Assembly: GCA_015520425.1 (NCBI GenBank)
Contig: WAQC01000064.1
Coordinates: 1-22,417 of the forward strand
Reading direction: 5' to 3'
DNA: 22,417 nucleotides
Source of the DNA: Candidatus Pelearchaeum sp.
Lineage (GTDB): Archaea > Thermoproteota > Nitrososphaeria_A > Caldarchaeales > Caldarchaeaceae
Position 1 is the first letter of the stretch, and the number at the start of each line of letters is the position of its first letter. The translations under genes were made by a program, and so were the position numbers. The notes beneath the pieces are model-generated. The model saw nothing but the letters and a program-made list of their open reading frames with translations. It ran no database searches and was not told the DNA's origin. This document shows, piece after piece, positions 6,988 to 14,924 of this stretch.

Positions 6988-8108
6988 TTGTTTAACACCT
7001 CGCCAGCCTCACTGAGGATTGTCTCCTCCAGCTCTTCCTCTCCACCCCTCTTGAAAGCGTCGTAGATTCTTAGAGCGAGCTCAATATCACGCTCCTCAAA
7101 CCCCCTACCTAGCATGTATTCCCTGACTATTGAGCGGATATCAAGCGAGCGCTGTAGCTTCTCTAGGCTAAGCTCGCCGATTTCCTCGCGAACCTCAAAA
7201 CGGTGATAGAGAACATCTCCGCTCAGCTTTTCCAGCAGTAGGCGCGCAACTTTACTAGCATCAATACCACGGCCTGAGACTGCTAGATGTATTATTGGCT
7301 TCTTGGCGAGGGTATGCGACCATCTTTTAACCTCGTCCAACACCGTGGAAAGCCCCTCCGCTCTCGTCTCCACCATGCGCTGCGGCCTCACACAGCCCAG
7401 CGATACCTCGTGTAGTATGGGCTCGTCTTTGGACAGGTCAACCAAGTAGAAGCCCTTACCCATGCTCTCCCAATCAGCTATCTCTGCGCGCGAGAGTATC
7501 TCTAGGGAGCCTGAGTATGCCGCGATGGAGCTGTGGAGGTTTAGTTGTTGGCGCCGATGCTCGTGGCCTAGTGCGTAATAGCTGTAGCCCCTGGGTAGTT
7601 TGGCTATTCCAGCACGCCCACCGCGTTCAAGGGGTATGTGGGCTACTAAGACGCTCTTCTTCCCAGTCTCGCCGACGGTGTGTGTTATACTGTTAATTGC
7701 TTCTTCAAACATGCTGGAAGGAAGCCTATCAAGACCAGCGAACACAAAAGCGCCAGAGGATAGGGATAGCTCAATCTTTTTCTGGCCTATGTGTATTAAG
7801 TTATCAAAAAGCGCTGTCGGTGGAAGCTCGTCAAGCCGCCTCGGATAGTCATGGTCTCCCAGCACATAAAGGACTTTAACGCCTTTCTCCGTTAGCTGTG
7901 ATAGTATTTTCTTAGCCCATGTGAGGGCTTTTACGGGCGGCCTAGGCGTGTCAAATAGGTCTCCAGCGATTATCAAAGCCTCAGCATGCTCGCGTAGTGC
8001 GTGTTCCACCGCCTCGGAGAAAGCCTCGTATAGGTCGTTCTCCCTCTCACCTAGGCCGTACTGCCTATATCCGAGATGAATATCAGCCATGTGTGCGATA
8101 AGCGCCAT
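6984..8108 (-). CDS. mre11: DNA double-strand-break repair nuclease Mre11
   Basis: Calcineurin-like phosphoesterase motifs occur in order: ADIHLG, AGDLFD, LGDHD, VAHIP, LGHEH. A 4-nt overlap gives translational coupling to rad50. Confidence 0.97.
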   Translation of the reverse strand: MALIAHMADIHLGYRQYGLGERENDLYEAFSEAVEHALREHAEALIIAGDLFDTPRPPVKALTWAKKILSQLTEKGVKVLYVLGDHDYPRRLDELPPTALFDNLIHIGQKKIELSLSSGAFVFAGLDRLPSSMFEEAINSITHTVGETGKKSVLVAHIPLERGGRAGIAKLPRGYSYYALGHEHRRQQLNLHSSIAAYSGSLEILSRAEIADWESMGKGFYLVDLSKDEPILHEVSLGCVRPQRMVETRAEGLSTVLDEVKRWSHTLAKKPIIHLAVSGRGIDASKVARLLLEKLSGDVLYHRFEVREEIGELSLEKLQRSLDIRSIVREYMLGRGFEERDIELALRIYDAFKRGGEEELEETILSEAGEVLNK

Positions 8109-8198
8109 CCCTAATACAGCGCTAGCACGGCTGGATTTATCTCACTCTCCCCAGCGTGTAGCTTGATATAGCGCTCAAACTACCTGGGAGATACGGTA

Positions 8199-9800
8199 TT
8201 GAGCAACAGGGACATTACTACCGCACTGGAGTTCCACGAATTAACCAAACACTCCTACGCCAGTGTGAGGACTAGCACGTATAGGCTTGATTTGCAGAAT
8301 AGACCATACCCGTTTAAGGTGTATCTTGAGGCACCCCGTATAGAGCTTCCCCGCGAGTTTCCCAAGCCCAGCCTCCCCACCTTAGAGGCGTTAGCAGGGA
8401 GGAATTCACAAGAGGGGCGTGGGGAGCTGGATATAGGGAGGCTCGCCGAGATACTATACTTCTCCGCTGGAATAACCCGCGTGCTTCAGCATCCCCTTGG
8501 TGAGTTCTATTTTAGAGCAGCACCAGCCACAGGAGCGCTCTACCCGATTGAGCTCTACATAGTTTCAGGCGACATCCCTGGTCTTAACGCGGGTGTTTAT
8601 CACTTTGACCCAGGCGAGTTTATTCTCAACAAACTACGCGAAGGAGATTACCGCGATTATTTGAGTAAAGCGGCTGGCGAGGAGCAGAGAGTAAGAGAAG
8701 CACCCGCAACTATTGCTATGACGTCAATAGCCTGGCGTAATGCCTGGAAGTATCAGGTTCGCTCTTACCGCCACTGGTTCTGGGATTCTGGAGTTATAGC
8801 CGCTAACCTGCTCGCAGTCTCCGTCTCTGAGGGAATAGAAGCGCATGTTATTATGGGGTTTGTGGATGAGATGGTGAATAAACTACTATGCGTTGACGGC
8901 TCGGTTGAGGAGGCCGCTATAGCGCTCATACCACTAGCCACCTCAACAATGGAGAAAGCTACCAAGAAGAGGAGACGCATATCTCAGGAGGAGCATAAGA
9001 CGATGCCGCTCTCGCGGTACATCATAAACTATCCAGCGATATGGCAGATGCATAAGGTATCATCACTAACCTCTGTTGAGGAGGTTCAGGAATGGAGGAG
9101 GCAGAAAATAGAGCAGAGCGGAGATGAAGCTTATGAGGGGGAGACTCATAAGCTTGAGGTCTGGGATGATGTTTCATCTCCTCCTCTTTGGGAGACTATA
9201 CTTAAGCGCGGCTCCACACGGAGGTTTGCTCAAAAGCCAATAAACGGGAAACAACTCGCCACAATACTTGGATACTCAACACGCGGTCTGGATGCTGATT
9301 TTCTAAGTAGTGGGGCAAGTCTCATAGATGTTTATCTCATAGTATCCTCGGTTGACGGTATTCCAGAGGGGGCTTACTACTATGATAGGAAAGCCAACTC
9401 GCTACTCTTACTCAAGCGCGGAGCGTTTAGACGCGTAGCTGGGTATCTCTGTCTTGAGCAGAAGCTGGGCGAGGACGCGAGTGTGGTCTTCTTCCTCATG
9501 ACGCGGCTCAATCAAGTCCTACGTAGATTGGGTAATCGCGGCTATAGGGCGTGCCAGTTTGAGGCTGGCGTGATGGCTGGCAGGATATACCTGGCAGCAT
9601 ATGCATTAGGGCTGGGAGCTACTGGGCTGACTTTCTACGATGATGAGGTTACAGAGTTCTTCTCACCCCACGCAAGAGAGAAGAGTAACATGATGACAGT
9701 TGCTGTTGGCTTTCCCGCGTATAAGGCTCGGAGGGGCGATATTCTATTGGGCGTTGTAAAGCATGACAGAAAGGTGGAGTCTCCAGAAGGAAGAGGCTAG
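8199..9800 (+). CDS. SagB/ThcOx-type (nitroreductase-fold) dehydrogenase, tandem two-domain protein
   Basis: TTG start; the frame opens only at 8172 and there is no upstream ATG. The N-terminus ALEFHELTKHS resembles the SagB-type xHExTKH lead-in. The second half carries a canonical nitroreductase FMN motif, RGSTRRF (R-x-S-x-R-x-F), and a Gly-rich C-terminal core (GYRACQFEAGVMAGRIYLAAYALGLGATGL). The first half has the fold-like core (ATGALYPIELY...WRNAWKYQVRSYRHWFWDSGV) but not that motif. Confidence 0.75.
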   Translation: MSNRDITTALEFHELTKHSYASVRTSTYRLDLQNRPYPFKVYLEAPRIELPREFPKPSLPTLEALAGRNSQEGRGELDIGRLAEILYFSAGITRVLQHPLGEFYFRAAPATGALYPIELYIVSGDIPGLNAGVYHFDPGEFILNKLREGDYRDYLSKAAGEEQRVREAPATIAMTSIAWRNAWKYQVRSYRHWFWDSGVIAANLLAVSVSEGIEAHVIMGFVDEMVNKLLCVDGSVEEAAIALIPLATSTMEKATKKRRRISQEEHKTMPLSRYIINYPAIWQMHKVSSLTSVEEVQEWRRQKIEQSGDEAYEGETHKLEVWDDVSSPPLWETILKRGSTRRFAQKPINGKQLATILGYSTRGLDADFLSSGASLIDVYLIVSSVDGIPEGAYYYDRKANSLLLLKRGAFRRVAGYLCLEQKLGEDASVVFFLMTRLNQVLRRLGNRGYRACQFEAGVMAGRIYLAAYALGLGATGLTFYDDEVTEFFSPHAREKSNMMTVAVGFPAYKARRGDILLGVVKHDRKVESPEGRG

Positions 9801-10990
9801 AATTGGGCCAGCTCCTCGGCTAGGACATTAACCCCGTCAGCGACAGGATAGCCTAGGGCGCGCAGCGAGTTTGCCATAGCCGCTATAGTGGGCAGTAGAT
9901 AGCGCGCACTTGCCGTAACTCCCATGTGGCCTATTCTTATCACCCGCTTCTCAGGGTCGTTTATCCCGCCAGTTATCATTATGCGGTAGCGTTCAAGCAT
10001 GAGCTTCACTAGTTCCTCAGCCTTCCCAGCAGCCTCGCGCGGCAGCTTGAGTGCTGTTACGGTTGGTGATGCGCATTCTTCCCTAGGCAGTATCTCCAAC
10101 TCCATACTCCTCACCGCTTTTCTAAATGCACGCGCAACCCTTTGATGCCGTGCATAGCGTTTTTCCAAGCCCTCTTCTACGGCGGCCCGTGAGGCTTCGC
10201 GCAAAGCTAGAACCGAGTAGGTGTTTATCGTCGTTGGGTATGGGTGGCCATGGTCGCCCCACATGGAGATATAGTGGCGCCAGACCTCAAGGTTGGTGAA
10301 CCAGCTGCGCGGCTTCTCACGTCTTCTCTCAAAGGCTTCCAGAACCTCGCCGCTTATAGCTACTGGGGCCGCGCTCGGTATAGCAGCTAGACACTTATTC
10401 GGATAGCCTACACAGAAGTCTATACCCCATCCATCCACATCTATATTCACGCCACCATAGGACGAGATGGCATCAACTAGCGTTAATACTCCATGCCTTC
10501 GCGCTATGCGCACATACTCCTCTATTGGGCTTAGAGTTGCCGTTGAGGTTTCGTTATGAACTAATAGGACGGCCTTAACTTCTTTATGGTTTTCCAGAGC
10601 TGTTTTGAACGCATCAGGACTAACTACAGAGCCGACATCTGACTTGATTGTGATAACGTTGGCTCCGCAGTATCTAGCCACCTCGCCGAACCTATCGCCG
10701 AAGAACCCGCTGCTCACACAGAGGACGTTATCGCCAGGCTCAACCACACTCGCTATGCCCAGCTCCAGCGCAAGCGTCCCAGGGCCTGGAACTATTATTA
10801 CATCGCTCTTCTCCGTGTTGAATATCTTTCTAGAAAGCTCTATGGTCTCGTTGTAGATGGATTTCCACTCCCCGCCATAATGAGCGTGAGGAGGGGAGCA
10901 GAGTACGCGCTGCACATCTGGATGGAGCTCTGTGGGCCCTGGTATCATTAGTATTCGTCTATCCGTGAAGTAGCGCCATTCCTCGGCCAA
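9797..10990 (-). CDS. Class V PLP-dependent aminotransferase (serine-pyruvate / alanine-glyoxylate aminotransferase-like)
   Basis: N-terminal LMIPGPTELHPDV, HNETSTA, the DAISSYGG block and the lysine context GYPNKCL are typical of the AGXT/class V family. Size is 397 aa. TTG start, with GGAGG 12 nt upstream. Confidence 0.88.
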   Translation of the reverse strand: MAEEWRYFTDRRILMIPGPTELHPDVQRVLCSPPHAHYGGEWKSIYNETIELSRKIFNTEKSDVIIVPGPGTLALELGIASVVEPGDNVLCVSSGFFGDRFGEVARYCGANVITIKSDVGSVVSPDAFKTALENHKEVKAVLLVHNETSTATLSPIEEYVRIARRHGVLTLVDAISSYGGVNIDVDGWGIDFCVGYPNKCLAAIPSAAPVAISGEVLEAFERRREKPRSWFTNLEVWRHYISMWGDHGHPYPTTINTYSVLALREASRAAVEEGLEKRYARHQRVARAFRKAVRSMELEILPREECASPTVTALKLPREAAGKAEELVKLMLERYRIMITGGINDPEKRVIRIGHMGVTASARYLLPTIAAMANSLRALGYPVADGVNVLAEELAQF

Positions 10991-11189
10991 TCTAATACCC
11001 CGCCTCCCTGCTTCGTTAGCATCCCTAAATAACCGTTAATCGCAGATTATACAACGCTCCGCAGATTATCTCCTTTAAGCAACTCCGCTAACTATCGTTA
11101 AACATATTTAGTGAATTATGCATAGTTGTCATGAGATATAGTAAAACCCCCATGTGGCGTAATAGCAAATTAACCTAGGCGGCGCTATG

Positions 11190-11594
11190 TTAGGGAGCTG
11201 GCGCGCTGTCTATCGCATCGTTGGCCAGCTTATCCGCTCCCCGATTATTCTCTCTTCCCACGTGGATTATCTCAAAGCTATCAAATTCAGAGGCCATCCT
11301 GGAGGCCTTCTCAAACAGTTCTCTTATGCGCTCGTTCTTCACACGATACTCGCCGCGCATCTGCTTAACCAGCAACTCGCTATCGGAATGAACTACAACG
11401 TCTCTAACGCCCATCTCATAAACCGCCTCCAGCGCCATGATTAGCGCGTGATACTCGGCTTCATTATTCGTCTTCACGCCCAGATACTTGCTTATCCTAT
11501 GCTCATGGTCGTTGAGATATATTATAACGCCAGCTCCCGCTGGACCTGGATTACCACGCGCAGCACCGTCTATGTAGATGTATGCCTTCTTCAA
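11190..11594 (-). CDS. rnhA: Ribonuclease HI (type 1 RNase H, archaeal short form)
   Basis: DEDD active-site contexts: YIDGAARGNPG, NNEAEYHAL, HSDSELLVKQMRGEYRVK, NRGADKLAN. It closely resembles the pattern of characterised crenarchaeal RNase HI. TTG start, 8 nt after the L10e stop. Confidence 0.9.
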   Translation of the reverse strand: MKKAYIYIDGAARGNPGPAGAGVIIYLNDHEHRISKYLGVKTNNEAEYHALIMALEAVYEMGVRDVVVHSDSELLVKQMRGEYRVKNERIRELFEKASRMASEFDSFEIIHVGRENNRGADKLANDAIDSAPAP

Positions 11595-11602
11595 GCTCTA
11601 CA

Positions 11603-12109
11603 CTATTGAGCCTTGGCGAGAACCTGCCGCTCAACTATGTAATACTTCTTCGGGAGCTTCTTTGCGGCAAGCTCAAGAGCCTCCCTAGCGCGCTGAACGC
11701 CGTCAGCATATACCAGAACTCTGAAGACAGGCTGCCCTGGCTCAACGCGCGCTGCTCTTCCAACTGGCTTGCCGAAGGCGCGGCGCATACCTTCCTGAAG
11801 CCTATCAGCATGAGCGCCGAATATCATCTTATTCTCGCGCAAAACATGGTGCGGATGCGCCTTAAGCTCTGCGAAGAAGTTCCCACCCAGCTTATCCGTC
11901 AGGAACTTGTTAAGAGTAATCCTGGCAGATTCTAGGGCAACGTCCCTAATCTGGAGGCTTGTCTCTGGTATTAGGAGGAGCTCATGCGTATAATCCTCGC
12001 GGTACGTCCCCGCGGAGAACTTCGTTATCCTCATGGGCGGCGGGCCGTGGATATACTCGTGCCTGGTGTAGGGCATTCCCTCTATTGCGCGGTAGTTCTT
12101 GGCCTTCAA
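11603..12109 (-). CDS. rpl10e: 50S ribosomal protein L10e (uL16)
   Basis: KAKNYRAIEGMPYTRHEYIHGPPPMRITKF ... RLQEGMRRAFGKPVGRAARV is the typical L10e sequence. TTG start. Confidence 0.95.
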   Translation of the reverse strand: MKAKNYRAIEGMPYTRHEYIHGPPPMRITKFSAGTYREDYTHELLLIPETSLQIRDVALESARITLNKFLTDKLGGNFFAELKAHPHHVLRENKMIFGAHADRLQEGMRRAFGKPVGRAARVEPGQPVFRVLVYADGVQRAREALELAAKKLPKKYYIVERQVLAKAQ

Positions 12110-12167
12110 CGCTTTTCACCTCACCAGCCTAACCTACCCTATGGCATCCACTAATTAAGGATGTAGC

Positions 12168-12773
12168 TTACGAGACCTCTCCCCCAGCAGGCGCTGGTTC
12201 GCGGACGAATATTCGGTATTTCTCCTCCTTATTCATCAGCTCGTCTAGTATCCTCTTGCTTATGGCGCCTGGGGGGTCTAGGAGCCCTACCCTGTTCTTA
12301 ACGTCCTCGTAGCTCTCAAAGGGCTTCGCATCACGTTCTTCCAGCAGTTTTTGGAGCATCTTCTTCCCAACCCCTGGTATTAGCTCTAGCGCGTGTAGCC
12401 TAGGCGTTAGTGGGTTGCTCTTGTTGAAGAAATCCACGAAGCGCTGCTCATTCTCGTTTACGACCCGCTGTATCGTTGCCTCTAGGTTGAGCCGCGCCGT
12501 CTCGGTGAGGTCCTCTATACCTATGCGCCTGACTATTCGTATAAGCTCGCGGGGGGCGTCTCTCCCTATGTATATGCGCATCCCTATCGTGGGCTTGTAT
12601 CTCTCGGAGACCGCCGCCTCAAGGAGCGTGAAGTACTCCTCGCCCAGTAGCTGGACGATAAACTCGCTCCTGCCTACGGCGTGGTGGGTTGCTACGTGCC
12701 TTCTCTGGGCTGCGGGGAATATGTCAAGGACGTAAGCATAATCCTCGTATCGCTTCGGCTTTGTCTTCTGCAT
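12168..12773 (-). CDS. DUF655-family protein (OB/S1-like N-domain plus helix-hairpin-helix; putative nucleic-acid binding)
   Basis: N-terminus YEDYAYVLDIFP..., and an HhH element LIPGVGKKMLQKLLEER. It sits directly downstream of rpl21e-rpoF, matching the conserved archaeal L21e-RpoF-DUF655 neighbourhood. Confidence 0.8.
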   Translation of the reverse strand: MQKTKPKRYEDYAYVLDIFPAAQRRHVATHHAVGRSEFIVQLLGEEYFTLLEAAVSERYKPTIGMRIYIGRDAPRELIRIVRRIGIEDLTETARLNLEATIQRVVNENEQRFVDFFNKSNPLTPRLHALELIPGVGKKMLQKLLEERDAKPFESYEDVKNRVGLLDPPGAISKRILDELMNKEEKYRIFVREPAPAGGEVS

Positions 12774-12814
12774 GGGGTTTCACGTCGCAGCCCATAATAA
12801 GCCAAGCAGGCCTT

Positions 12815-13195
12815 TTACTCCTTAAGCTCGCCGTCAAGCGCCTGCTTGACCAAGCTCACGATACCCTGCATCTTCTCCTCCGAGAATAGGAGGAACGAAA
12901 CCAGGCGTTTATATCCGCTTAGAATTGCACGAAGCTCCTCCACACTTGTCGGGCACGAGTCAGCGACCTGCACCGCCTCCTCGCGCGTGAGGCCGTAGCT
13001 TGAGGGGTCCATTAGCTTCTTGATGAGGAGCTCCGCCTGGTCTGCGCGTAGCCTTGAGTATTTCCTGACGTAGCTTAGGGTGCGCATCTGTAGGGGGCTT
13101 AGGGCCGTCTCATGCTCGGCCAGCATACGCTCAACCACCGCCATGGGAACCTCAGTCTTGGAAAGGATTCTCCGCACCACTACACGCTCACCCAT
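12815..13195 (-). CDS. rpoF: DNA-directed RNA polymerase subunit Rpo4 (RpoF)
   Basis: 126-aa helical protein (AVVERMLAEHE...LSYVRKYSRL...AEELIKKL-like...SVEELRAIL) in the conserved position after L21e. ATG 13195 overlaps the L21e 3' end by 16 nt. Confidence 0.85.
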   Translation of the reverse strand: MGERVVVRRILSKTEVPMAVVERMLAEHETALSPLQMRTLSYVRKYSRLRADQAELLIKKLMDPSSYGLTREEAVQVADSCPTSVEELRAILSGYKRLVSFLLFSEEKMQGIVSLVKQALDGELKE

Positions 13196-13476
13196 GGCTT
13201 GAGATGGTCGGGGAGAACAGAAATCTCCTTGGGCTTATCCCCCTGCATCACCCTAACCACATAACCATGCCCTCTCTTCTCCACAACCGTGCCTATCTTA
13301 CCATGATAACGGCGGTGGGGCATTCCCTTCTGGACACTCGGCTCAATAACCACCAGAACCTTATCTCCTGGTTTATACTCGGTTAGGTAGATGTCAGGCC
13401 GTGGCCCGCTCCGCGCGCCGCGCGGCCTGGTAGTTAGACTCCTAGTCTTTCTCCTAAATCCCCTAGACCTGGCCAA
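13180..13476 (-). CDS. rpl21e: 50S ribosomal protein L21e
   Basis: ARSRGFRRKTRSLTTRP...YKPGDKVLVVIEPSVQKGMPHRRYHGKIGTVVEKRG is a typical L21e SH3-like sequence. TTG start with GGTGA 6 nt upstream; an in-frame TGA just upstream excludes a longer form. Confidence 0.95.
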   Translation of the reverse strand: MARSRGFRRKTRSLTTRPRGARSGPRPDIYLTEYKPGDKVLVVIEPSVQKGMPHRRYHGKIGTVVEKRGHGYVVRVMQGDKPKEISVLPDHLKPWVSV

Positions 13477-13518
13477 CCGCCTTCACCAATCTCTGGTAAT
13501 CTTACTGCTTCTAGCCCC

Positions 13519-13526
13519 TATATAAA
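13519..13526 (-). promoter_or_regulatory. Consensus archaeal TATA box (TTTATATA on the minus strand) for the rpl21e-rpoF operon
   Basis: The minus strand reads CTCCTTTATATAGGGG, 43 nt upstream of the L21e TTG. The predicted short leader contains the GGTGA SD at 13487->13483. Confidence 0.5.
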
Positions 13527-13559
13527 GGAGGATTACGCATGGCCCTGGCTTATAGCTCT

Positions 13560-14900
13560 TTAGGCTTCTACGGCCACGACGGAGAGGCTGATTTTCTGCG
13601 GCTTCGCTCCCAGGGCTTCGGCTATGTTTGGCTTTGTCCTTCCTCCGTCGCCGTCTATCAGCTCCTTTATATACATCCCGCCCTGCGCCCTAATCGTAAA
13701 GACCACCTCGCGGGCGCTCTTCTGCTCTGCGCGGAGCTCGTATAGCGTTTTGTGCCGTAGCTTGTCTGCACGCCGCGCAAGTACGCGTGTTGGTGTTCTC
13801 TGCTCTATCACGATGTTCCTAAAACGCTCCTCAACCTCGCGGAGCTTCCTATCATCTATATCGCTGTCAAACTCAACCTCGGCTACGTATGTCTTTGAAG
13901 CGTGTGGGGACATGGCTTTAAGCTCTCTCACCTCCTTACGCGATGCTCTCTTAAGGCCGCGCACCTCAACAGCGCCAGCCGCGTGCTCGTTAATCAGGCG
14001 CTCAAGCTCGCTGAAGTCCAGAAACCTTCTGCGCGGGCTTTTCAGCTCAAGTATGAACGGCCTCCCAGTCCCCTCTACAAGCGCATCAACATCCTCGCGC
14101 CCCGCCGCGTGGAATTTATAATCCAGAGCCTCGGCGTAGCTTGTTGCTGGTATTCCTATAAGCTCGCTCACACTCGTCTCATATTCCTTGCCCGTGTAGT
14201 TGCATGACGGGCAGCCGCGTCCCCAGCATCTACGGCAGTGCCAAACAGCTTGGGGAAGGTCGCGCCTATGCTTAAGATAAGAGCCGCGTATGAATAGTGG
14301 GTTAGACTTAATCTCAAACCTGTCGTTGAAGAAGTCTATTATCACGGTGATGTCTGGCATGTCGTAGCTGACCTTAGCGTTGGTGGAGGATTGGATTATC
14401 TTACCCACCTCGCGGGTTATGTCATTCTTTATGTCCTCGCCGCTTGTTATGCCGAACTCTGAGCGTATGCGGTCTTCGCGTTCCCTTACGTCTGGCGGTA
14501 TGGACGCGCCCAGCAGGAATGAGCCAAACTCGTACTCGCGTAGCTCTTCTAGTATTCTCTCCGCAAGCTTGTTGAATCTCTCCTCGCTTAGTAGGCCTCC
14601 GCAGATATGGCAGGGCGTGGTCTCCACCTTTATTCCCTTCCGCCTAGCTAGGATGAGCTTGGCTTGATGTAGGCCGCCGTTCTCGGCCAGGATTCTCAGC
14701 TCATCAAAGCCACGCTCATCGCCCAGCGAGGCCGAGGCGTCGGCCTCCATCGCGAGAACCGTCTTTAGAGCCGCGCCGCGTTGCTTATTGCTCATTCCCT
14801 GAGCCAAGCGCGCGAACTGCCTCCCCAGACAATAGTCGCAGAGCGGATACCTGGCAAGTAGCTTGAGCGCCTTCTCCAATAGGCGCGCCTGCTCAAACAC
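13560..14900 (-). CDS. pus10: tRNA pseudouridine(54/55) synthase Pus10
   Basis: N-terminal zinc ribbon CDYCLGRQF ... CHICGG, a second Cys cluster CRRCWGRGCPSCNYTG, and the catalytic block FHAAGREDVDALVEGTGRPF. GTG start, 24 nt after the srp54 stop. Confidence 0.9.
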   Translation of the reverse strand: MFEQARLLEKALKLLARYPLCDYCLGRQFARLAQGMSNKQRGAALKTVLAMEADASASLGDERGFDELRILAENGGLHQAKLILARRKGIKVETTPCHICGGLLSEERFNKLAERILEELREYEFGSFLLGASIPPDVREREDRIRSEFGITSGEDIKNDITREVGKIIQSSTNAKVSYDMPDITVIIDFFNDRFEIKSNPLFIRGSYLKHRRDLPQAVWHCRRCWGRGCPSCNYTGKEYETSVSELIGIPATSYAEALDYKFHAAGREDVDALVEGTGRPFILELKSPRRRFLDFSELERLINEHAAGAVEVRGLKRASRKEVRELKAMSPHASKTYVAEVEFDSDIDDRKLREVEERFRNIVIEQRTPTRVLARRADKLRHKTLYELRAEQKSAREVVFTIRAQGGMYIKELIDGDGGRTKPNIAEALGAKPQKISLSVVAVEA

Positions 14901-14924
14901 CAGAGACCACCAACTATTGTCGTG

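Noticed and set aside
9797-9800. Convergent SagB-like and aminotransferase genes share overlapping stop codons in a CTAG tetranucleotide; rad50 and the LOG-like gene likewise overlap by 20 nt at 4573-4592
   Set aside because: Tight convergent overlaps are common in compact archaeal genomes. The point is noted for transcription-termination interest only and is not evidence of a special mechanism.
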